From: an uncultured delta proteobacterium
GTDB lineage: Bacteria > Myxococcota_A > Polyangia > Polyangiales > JAFGIB01
DNA: 64,000 bases
Assembly: GCA_963778655.1 (NCBI GenBank)
Contig: CAVZVA010000010.1
Span: forward strand, 512,001-576,000
Direction: 5' to 3'
A program made the position numbers and the translations under genes. Shown one piece after another: positions 57,133 to 64,000 of this stretch. Positions within the stretch are counted from its first letter, which is position 1. Each line of letters starts with the position of its first letter. Under the pieces are notes generated by a model. It had not been told where the DNA came from. It saw nothing but the letters and a program-made list of their open reading frames with translations, and searched no databases.

Positions 57133-57220
57133 CGGCGGCGGCGCGCGCGCTGGCGGCCTCCAGCTTGCTCCGTTGCGCGCGCCATTCCATCATAGCCGCC
57201 TGCTCGGGTCGGTCGCTCGG

Positions 57221-58504
57221 ATGTCTGTCCACAAGAAGTTGCCCGTCGGACGCCTCGGCCGCCTGGCGAAGCTGGCGCGGGTCGGTGCGCGCACCGGCGC
57301 CAGCCTGCTGCTGTCGCGCGACGGCTCGGGTGCGGCGGACCAGGCGGCCGAGATCTTGGGCTCGCTGCGGGGGCTGGCGGCCAAGGTCGGCCAGATGGCG
57401 AGCTACGTCGACGGCGTGGTGCCGGAGGAGCACCGCGAGGCGTACGAGACCGCGCTGCGCGGGCTGCGCGCGGCGGCGCCCACCTCCTCGCCCGAGGCGA
57501 TCGCGAGCGTGGTCGAGCGCGAGCTGGGCGCGAAGGTCGAGCAGCTGTTTGCGGCCTGGGAGTCGCAACCGATGGCCAGCGCGTCGATCGGCCAGGTACA
57601 CCGCGCACGCCTGCACGACGGGCGCGAGGTAGCGGTCAAGGTGCAGCACCCCGGCATCGAGCGCGCGATCGACAGCGACCTGCGCAACGCCGGCGTGCTC
57701 GAGGCGATGATCGGCGCGCTCGGCCCGCGCGCGCTCAACTCCAAACAGATGTACGACGAGGTCGCGGCCCGCTTCCGCGAGGAGCTCGATTACCAGCTCG
57801 AGGCCGAGCGCCAGCGCCTGTTCGGCGAGCTGCACCGCGGCGATCCGCAAATCCGTATTCCTCAGGTGATCACCGAGCACAGCAGCCGCCGTGTGCTCAC
57901 CACCGAGTTGGTGCACGGGCGGAGCCTGGAGCAGGCGGTGCTCGCGGACGAGGCGCTGCGGCGCAGCTACTGCGAGGTGCTGTGGCGCTTCGTGTACAAG
58001 GGCAACCTGGTGGGCGGCATGTTCAACGCCGACCCGCACCCGGGCAACTACCTGTTCGGCGAGGACGGCACGATCGCGTTTCTGGACTTCGGCTGCGTGC
58101 AACCGATCGCGGAGCCTCGGCTCGGCCACGCGCGCGCAATGCATCGCGCCGCGCGGCGGCGCGACGAGCAGGCGTTCCAGACCAGCACGATCGCGCTGAC
58201 GCAGACCCGCGGCGGCGCGTACGAGGCGACCGTGCTGCGCTACGTGCGACGCTGCTTCGAGCCGCTGTTCGGCGCGCCGTTCCGCGTCACGCGCCCGTAC
58301 GTGACCGAGCTGGTGCAAGGCGTCAAGGAGCTCAAGGCACACGTGCTGCCGGGCAGCGACGGCAGCCTGCAGCCGATGCCGGCAGGCATGGTGTTCATGA
58401 ACCGGTTGCAGTTTGGCTTCTTCTCGGTGCTGGCGCGGCTCGACGTGGAGGCCGACTACGCCGCGGTCGAGGAGCACTTCTTGCGCGAGGCGGGGTTGGG
58501 CTGA
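57221..58504 (+). CDS. AarF/ABC1/UbiB family atypical kinase
   Basis: KVGQMAS, ASASIGQVHRA, VAVKVQHPG, EELDY, NADPHPGN, LDFGC. Confidence 0.94.
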   Translation: MSVHKKLPVGRLGRLAKLARVGARTGASLLLSRDGSGAADQAAEILGSLRGLAAKVGQMASYVDGVVPEEHREAYETALRGLRAAAPTSSPEAIASVVERELGAKVEQLFAAWESQPMASASIGQVHRARLHDGREVAVKVQHPGIERAIDSDLRNAGVLEAMIGALGPRALNSKQMYDEVAARFREELDYQLEAERQRLFGELHRGDPQIRIPQVITEHSSRRVLTTELVHGRSLEQAVLADEALRRSYCEVLWRFVYKGNLVGGMFNADPHPGNYLFGEDGTIAFLDFGCVQPIAEPRLGHARAMHRAARRRDEQAFQTSTIALTQTRGGAYEATVLRYVRRCFEPLFGAPFRVTRPYVTELVQGVKELKAHVLPGSDGSLQPMPAGMVFMNRLQFGFFSVLARLDVEADYAAVEEHFLREAGLG

Positions 58505-58543
58505 GGGGTCGTGCCAGGCAGCGTGTTGCGGCGAGGGCCGCGC

Positions 58544-59095
58544 TCAGGTGCGGCCGGCGGCCGCTTGCCGCAGCACCTCGAGCGTGGCGGCGTCGTACGC
58601 GATCAGCACGACGCGCGAAGCGGATTGCGCGGCTTCCAGATGCCGGCGCACCTGCTGCACGGCGATCGAGGCGGCCCGATCCACGGGAAAGCCGTACACG
58701 CCGCAGCTGATCGCCGGAAACGCGATCGACTGCAGCGCGTGCGCCTCGGCGAGCTCGAGGCAGGCGCGGTAGCAGGCGGCGAGCAACGCGTCCTCGCGCG
58801 CGCCGCCGCCCCGCCACACCGGACCGACGGTGTGGATCACGTGCTTGGCCGGCAGCTCGAAGCCAGGCGTGATGTGCGCCTCGCCGGTGGGACAGCGCAC
58901 GCCGGGTCGGATCTCGGGCAGCGCGCGGCAGGCCGCGAGCAGCTGCGGCCCGGCCGCGCGGTGAATCGCGCCGTCGACGCCGCCCCCGCCGAGCATGCGC
59001 TCGTTGGCGGCGTTGACGATCGCGTCGAGCTGAAGGCGCGTGATGTCGCCGTGCTGAACGCTCAAGCCGGGTGTTGCGATCTCGGTCGCGGGCAT
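58544..59095 (-). CDS. Macrodomain protein (O-acetyl-ADP-ribose deacetylase, YmdB-like)
   Basis: GDIT...AIVNAAN...[33 protein letters not shown]. Confidence 0.95.
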   Translation of the reverse strand: MPATEIATPGLSVQHGDITRLQLDAIVNAANERMLGGGGVDGAIHRAAGPQLLAACRALPEIRPGVRCPTGEAHITPGFELPAKHVIHTVGPVWRGGGAREDALLAACYRACLELAEAHALQSIAFPAISCGVYGFPVDRAASIAVQQVRRHLEAAQSASRVVLIAYDAATLEVLRQAAAGRT

Positions 59096-59102
59096 GGCTA
59101 CT

Positions 59103-59981
59103 TCAAGCCGAGCGGCGCTGGCCGAGGCCGGCGCGCTGCTCCGCCAGGGTCACTGCGTTCTGCAGCAGCATCGCCACCGTGGTCACGCCCACTCCGCCCA
59201 GTCGGGGCGTGATCCACCCTGCCACCTCGCCGACCGCCTCGCAAACGTCGGGCAACAGCGTGCGACCACGCCAGGAGATACCGCCGCTGATGACGACGGC
59301 GCCCGGGGCAACCATATCGGGCGCCACGATGTCAGGGCGGCCGGCGGCCGCGATCACCACGTCGGCTGCGCGCGTGTATGCCGCGAGGTCGGGCACGGCT
59401 GAATGAACCACCGTGACCGCGGCGTTGCCCCCCGCGCGCTTCAGCGTGAGCAGCAGCGCGAGCGGTCGCCCCAGCGTTGGCCCGCGGCCGATGATGACCA
59501 CACGGCGACCCCCGATGTTGATGCCGTAGTGCTGCAACATCGCGCAGATGCCGGCAGGCGTAGCCGGGATCGGCCCTGGCTCCTGCAGCACCAGCCGGCC
59601 GAGGCTCATCGGGTGCAGCCCGTCGGCGTCCTTGGCGGAGTCCATGCGCAGCATCGCCTGGTTGAAGTCGAAGCCCGCCGGAAGCGGGTGCTGGATCAGG
59701 TAACCATCCACGGCGTTGTCTGCGTTGAACCGGTCGACGGCGTCGAGCAGCACCGCCTGGGTGGCGTCCGCCGGCACCTGGCAGTGGTGAGAGACCATGC
59801 CGACTGATTCGCAGGCTTCGTGCTTCTTGCGCACGTAGCCGGCGCTGGGCTTGTCGTCACCCACCAAGATCGTGCCGAGCCCGACGGACTTTCCGCGCTC
59901 GGCCAGCGCCGCGACGCGCTGCTCGACATCACGCAGGACCGCGTCGGCGACGGGCCCGCCTTGAAGTAGCTTGGCAACCAT
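59103..59981 (-). CDS. folD: Methylenetetrahydrofolate dehydrogenase/cyclohydrolase
   Basis: LGTILVGDD...[35 protein letters not shown] before ATG 59981. Confidence 0.92.
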   Translation of the reverse strand: MVAKLLQGGPVADAVLRDVEQRVAALAERGKSVGLGTILVGDDKPSAGYVRKKHEACESVGMVSHHCQVPADATQAVLLDAVDRFNADNAVDGYLIQHPLPAGFDFNQAMLRMDSAKDADGLHPMSLGRLVLQEPGPIPATPAGICAMLQHYGINIGGRRVVIIGRGPTLGRPLALLLTLKRAGGNAAVTVVHSAVPDLAAYTRAADVVIAAAGRPDIVAPDMVAPGAVVISGGISWRGRTLLPDVCEAVGEVAGWITPRLGGVGVTTVAMLLQNAVTLAEQRAGLGQRRSA

Positions 59982-60003
59982 GGGCACCTCCATTGCGGTT
60001 GGA

Positions 60004-60081
60004 TGCCCAGGCGCACGGCGGTTGTGAACGCCTTCGGCTCCCCGGTGGTTCTCCACCTGCAAGCGCCAGTCACCGAAAGCG
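60004..60081 (-). ncRNA. ZMP/ZTP (pfl) riboswitch
   Basis: Minus strand reads CTTTCGGTGACTGGCG...GGTGGAGAACCACCGGGGAGCCGAAGG...CGCCGTGCGCCTGGGCA, with the P1/P2 stems and 3' CGCCTGGGC of this class; directly upstream of folD. Confidence 0.92.
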
Positions 60082-60438
60082 CGAGGAAGCTAGCACAGCG
60101 GTCTGGCGCCGTCGACGCGCCCGCGAACGTCGCGCCCGCCCGCACCGGGGTCGTCGCCGATCTCGAAGGTACCCAGCGCGGGGGCATCGCATCTTCCAGT
60201 CCTCCTCCACCGCAGTGCCTGGTCGCACTATGAGGGCAACCGCCTCCCGGGGGCCGCCGGCTCGGGGGTCCGGGACGAGGCGATCGTTCATGTTGGGGAG
60301 GCGGGCCCTGGCGCGATTCGCCACCGGTCCCATGGACCAGCCGTGGCACTTTCGACAGGCCATGCACCACGGTGCAAGGTTCGGGGTAGGCGCGAGAGTT
60401 TGCGCGCAGTAGGGTCGTATCCGGACGAGGTGGGACCT

Positions 60439-61641
60439 ATGTCGTGGAATCGTGGTTGGGTTGCTGTATTTCCACATGCGATCGCGGCGGGCGCCCTTGC
60501 GGCGTTGTGCACGTCCTTGACAGCATGCGCCGCGGACGCAGCTTCGTCTGATCCCAGCATGAGAGGGATCGTCGGTTCGCCGATTGCTGGCGGGTCGGGC
60601 GGCGCACCCGGGGGAACGGGCGGCCAGGAAGCGGCCTTGCTTCCGATGGCGACCGGCGGCGGCGCGTCGCCGGGCACCGGCGGCAACGCGCCAACCGCGA
60701 TGATGATGAATGGCGGCTCGGGTGGCGCGACGACCAACGGAATTGCGGGTCAGCCTGGTCCGATGACCGGAGCGGGCGGTACTGGCGGCATGATGAGCAG
60801 CGGCGGCACGGGTGGAAGCATGTCGCCCGCGCCCATGGGTGACATCTGCGCGCGATGGAAGTCCGACCGTGCGGATCTCTCTGAAGGCACGTGGAGCGGC
60901 AACGCCGCTTCGTGCGACGCGGGTGACATGACCGCTGCGGCACGCCAGAACGCGTACCGACTCCACAGCTTGTATCGCTTCATGGCAGGGCTCGAGCCGG
61001 TGCAAATGACCGACGAATACAACCGACTCGCGCAAGACTGTGCGCTGCTCATGACTGCCAACGGCATGATCTCGCACATGCCCGACTCATCATGGAAGTG
61101 CTACACGGCCGAAGCGGCCATGACGGCAAACAGCTCGAGCTTGTCGGGCGGCGGTGGAGCCGTCTCCAGCGTCGACGGCTACATGATCGATCCCGGCAAT
61201 CCGACCTCGCTCGGTCACCGCCGCTGGATCCTCTCGAACATGCTTGCGGGCGTCGGGTTCGGCTCCACGGGCATGTTCTCGTGCCAGTATCAGCCGCCCA
61301 CGCGACCGGCGGCCGGCGCGAAACCATGGACCGCCTGGCCTCCGCCGGGAGAGATCCCGATCCAAGCCTTCAGCTCGGGCTTCTTCGCCATGCTCGACCA
61401 AACCGGCTGGAGCGTGCAGAGCGACACCATCGACCTCACCAACGCGCAGGTCAAAGTCACGCTCGACGGCATGGACCAAGCCGTCAGCGTGACGCAGCTA
61501 GGTAGCGGATATGGTTCGGTCTTCGCGATGCGCTTCAACCCGATGGGCTGGACTACCGCGGCCGGGAAGACCTATCACGTCGCGATCACTGGCTCGTCGA
61601 TGCCGATCGAGTACGACGTGCAAGTGGTCGACTGTCCGTAG
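60439..61641 (+). CDS. CAP (SCP-like) domain lipoprotein with Gly/Met-rich linker
   Basis: LTAC lipobox; YRFMAGL, ISHMP, YMIDPGN...LGHRRWIL. Confidence 0.82.
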   Translation: MSWNRGWVAVFPHAIAAGALAALCTSLTACAADAASSDPSMRGIVGSPIAGGSGGAPGGTGGQEAALLPMATGGGASPGTGGNAPTAMMMNGGSGGATTNGIAGQPGPMTGAGGTGGMMSSGGTGGSMSPAPMGDICARWKSDRADLSEGTWSGNAASCDAGDMTAAARQNAYRLHSLYRFMAGLEPVQMTDEYNRLAQDCALLMTANGMISHMPDSSWKCYTAEAAMTANSSSLSGGGGAVSSVDGYMIDPGNPTSLGHRRWILSNMLAGVGFGSTGMFSCQYQPPTRPAAGAKPWTAWPPPGEIPIQAFSSGFFAMLDQTGWSVQSDTIDLTNAQVKVTLDGMDQAVSVTQLGSGYGSVFAMRFNPMGWTTAAGKTYHVAITGSSMPIEYDVQVVDCP

Positions 61642-61983
61642 CGCCCGGCGCACGCAGCTCAACGGGTCGCGCCGCAGCGACCACTCGCGCTTGATGGTCA
61701 TGGTGTCGCGGGTCGCCGCGCGCCGAAGCCAGGTCATCGCCGGCCGCCTGCCGACGACTGGCGTCGCGTTCACGGACGAGACGCCTTAGTTTAGTTAACC
61801 CGCCTCTACTGTCGACGTGTGAGCTCAGGTTGGAGACGATCGCGAGGTTCCGCGGGATTCCAGCCGCGCGGCGCGCGGCCGAACGCCGCCGCCGAGGTCG
61901 CAGCGTTTCAACCACCGCGCGGGATCCGGTAGAGTGCGGCAGTGAACGGGGGTCCGGGGCTTGCGTCAGGTTCCGCCAAAGTG

Positions 61984-62559
61984 ATGAACAAGAGACACAC
62001 TATTGCGGCGATAGTCGCGGTCCTACTTGCGTTCGGTTGCGGCAACGAAAACCCACACCGAAGGGGCAAAGGCGGCGACGCCTCCGACAGCGGCAATCCT
62101 GACGCTTCCGACAGCGGCAATCCTCCCGACGTCCCTTCGCGCCAAACCGTCACGATCGAGGTCCACAACGATTTATCGCTGAAAGACGCGCTCTTGAACA
62201 CGGCCGGCAACAATTGCACGCCCTTTGAGATAGAACAGCATGTAGGAGCGGATTGGAAGCCGCTGGTGCTCGAAGTCAAGTATGTGGTCTGGACCTGCGG
62301 TGGCACGTTGAGTCCGGACATATCGAACACGTGCCCGGCGCTTGTGGCTCGTCTGACGCCCGGAGGCATTGCTCGGCTTACCTGGGATGCACGGGCGGCA
62401 TCGGTCTACGAAGTTCCGATATGCGATTCGAGTGCCCAGACCAACCTCCGAACTTCCTTGTCTCCGGTCTCGGCGGGTGAATTTCGCGTAGGCGTGGGTT
62501 TCTATCCGCGCCCGGCAGGCTCGGATCTATTGTATTGCGACTATATTTGGCTCTCCTGA
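61984..62559 (+). CDS. Hypothetical lipoprotein, atypical codon usage
   Basis: MNKRHTIAAIVAVLLAFGC; 24-bp duplication at 62077-62124; many A/T-ending codons. Confidence 0.65.
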   Translation: MNKRHTIAAIVAVLLAFGCGNENPHRRGKGGDASDSGNPDASDSGNPPDVPSRQTVTIEVHNDLSLKDALLNTAGNNCTPFEIEQHVGADWKPLVLEVKYVVWTCGGTLSPDISNTCPALVARLTPGGIARLTWDARAASVYEVPICDSSAQTNLRTSLSPVSAGEFRVGVGFYPRPAGSDLLYCDYIWLS

Positions 62560-62747
62560 CGCACCTCGAACGCGAGCTCGACCGAGCCTGCGCGCATACC
62601 GGTCGAACCCGCAGCGAGCTCGCAAGGGAAGCTCTCCGCAGGCAACTCGCCTCGCTTCGATTCGAGCGGCTGCGCAAGAAGGTTCTGCCTCTCGCGGAAG
62701 CGCAGGGCTACGTGACGGACGAAGACGTCTTTCGCGACGTTTCGTGA
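62535..62747 (+). CDS. Ribbon-helix-helix/CopG-type antitoxin, N-terminus possibly lost
   Basis: TGRTRSELAREALRRQL...GYVTDEDVF; GTGA overlap with the PIN gene; only a weak TTG start. Confidence 0.75.
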   Translation: MRLYLALLTHLERELDRACAHTGRTRSELAREALRRQLASLRFERLRKKVLPLAEAQGYVTDEDVFRDVS

Positions 62748-63157
62748 AGGTCTTTTTCGACACCAACGTGCTGATCGCAGCGTTCGCGACCCGGGGTCTT
62801 TGCGCGGATCTGTTCTCGCACGTCCTGCGTGAGCACGAGGTGCTCGTCGGAGAGGTCGTGCTCCACGAGCTGCGCGACAAGCTGCGAACGAAGTTCAAGC
62901 TCCCGAGGAAGTCCATTGACGAAATCGAGGCGCTGCTTCGCGACTGCACCGTCGTACGACGGCCGAGGAAGCAGCTCGCGCTGAAGATCACGGACCCGGA
63001 CGACGAATGGGTCGTCGCATCGGCGGTCGAGGGAGGCGCAGATGCCCTCGTGACGGGCGACGCCGCCGTCCCGAAGGTCGCAAAGCGAGCACCGCTCCGA
63101 ATCGTGAACCCGCGAGGACTCTGGGAGATCCTGAGAGGTTCGACAACGAAGCGTTGA
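62744..63157 (+). CDS. PIN-domain toxin (putative type II TA system)
   Basis: KVFFDTNVLIAA, DPDDEWV, LVTGD, IVNPR. Confidence 0.9.
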   Translation: MKVFFDTNVLIAAFATRGLCADLFSHVLREHEVLVGEVVLHELRDKLRTKFKLPRKSIDEIEALLRDCTVVRRPRKQLALKITDPDDEWVVASAVEGGADALVTGDAAVPKVAKRAPLRIVNPRGLWEILRGSTTKR

Positions 63158-63166
63158 CGCCAGTCG

Positions 63167-63322
63167 GCCCAACGGACATGGCGTTCAGCTGCAAGGCCGC
63201 GCCACCCCAACCTGAGCCTGCGGGCCCCAGTCCGCGGGCGGCAGAGCGCCGAGAGTCGCCGGGAGCTCTCCGAACATCAAGACGCCACCTGCGCGGTCTT
63301 GACAGGCAGCCGGTTGTTGGGC
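63167..63322 (+). mobile_element. attC-like integron cassette recombination site (degenerate)
   Basis: GCCCAAC (RYYYAAC) ... GTTGGGC (GTTRRRY), exactly complementary; inner CTGCAAGGCCGCGC pairs with GCGCGGTCTTG-A-CAG with one extra base. Confidence 0.55.
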
Positions 63323-63409
63323 ATCCGCGGGCAAGCCCTCACAGCTATCGAATTCGGCTCGAGCGCGCGCTACAAGGTAGAAGTTGTGAGCGCCAACGTC
63401 GCCACCGAG

Positions 63410-64000
63410 ATGACCGATGCGGACTTCCCGTGGGCCGCACAGTTGATGCAGCGCCGCCGGGAGCGCTACGCGCAGTATTCACCGGTTTTCTGGCGACCGA
63501 GACAGGGAGTCGGCGAGTTGCATGCGCAGTTCCTCCGATTCAGCGGTACGCGTCCAGGCGCGGTAGCACTGCGCACCGAGCATGGATTCATCATAGCCGG
63601 CCCGAACCAGAGCCGCTGCTTCGTCGACGACTTCGCGGTCGACGACGACACGTTCTGGGCCAGCGAAGGCCGAGAGCTGTTGTTGTCCGCCTGGCGGCGC
63701 GCCCGCTCGGATGTCCAGAACGCGCTGCGCGTGGTGGTTGCGCGACGCGATGTGCCGAAACGCCAAATGCTGGTTGACCTGGGTTTCACTACCAACGCGC
63801 GCTGGTGGATCAAGGAACTCGCCCCGAGAGCAGAGGTCCAACCGCTGGGAGCGATTTCGGTTGCGGGCAACGCCGGTTTGCTGCTCGCCGCGCCGCCTGT
63901 CTACGACCCGGGCGGGCCGGTCTGCCTGCTCAGCGGACTCGTTCCAGGCACGGCGACAACCGCAGGCGAGCAAGCCGCGCGCGCAGGCGCCGTGCTCATC
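63410..64000 (+). CDS. Hypothetical protein, possibly GNAT-like; runs off the window end
   Basis: Not in the ORF track. Open frame MTDADFPWAAQLMQRRRERYAQYSPVFWRP...VDDFAV...APPVYDPGGPVCL; alternative GTG at 63386. Confidence 0.7.
   Translation, partial: MTDADFPWAAQLMQRRRERYAQYSPVFWRPRQGVGELHAQFLRFSGTRPGAVALRTEHGFIIAGPNQSRCFVDDFAVDDDTFWASEGRELLLSAWRRARSDVQNALRVVVARRDVPKRQMLVDLGFTTNARWWIKELAPRAEVQPLGAISVAGNAGLLLAAPPVYDPGGPVCLLSGLVPGTATTAGEQAARAGAVLI

Noticed and set aside
59982..60062. Upstream extension of folD in the ORF track
   Set aside because: It runs through the riboswitch; the SD supports ATG 59981.
61642..61980. Second attC between the CAP gene and the lipoprotein
   Set aside because: GCTCAAC is present but has no complementary GTTRRRY partner at a suitable distance.

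Overview
A very GC-rich bacterial window. The gene set points to Myxococcota: a zinc-ribbon/GYF_2/AgmX-type protein, a TIGR02266-type PilZ protein and many Gly-rich-linker lipoproteins. About 50 genes are supported. They cover housekeeping and metabolism (thiolase, uppP, dinB, folD, P450, CDF, TetR-RND pump), secreted hydrolase lipoproteins (GH5, GH43, esterase, AcpA-type phosphoesterase, CAP) and a DUF4266/DUF3570 pair. The best candidate for an undescribed system is the three-gene block at 20.9-27.7 kb: a signal-peptide-less 1247-aa protein with three tandem OmpA-like domains each interrupted by a peptidoglycan-binding-like insert, then a PG-binding protein with a lysozyme-like motif, then a duplicated-domain lipoprotein (possible scaffold/effector/immunity module). 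Non-coding signals read directly from the DNA include a ZMP/ZTP riboswitch before folD, two divergent ECF42-type promoters next to a frameshifted DGPF/YciI gene and a gene remnant, TetR and MocR operator repeats, an attC-like site after a toxin-antitoxin pair, and four probably leaderless genes. All family calls are by motif recognition only; no database searches were run.
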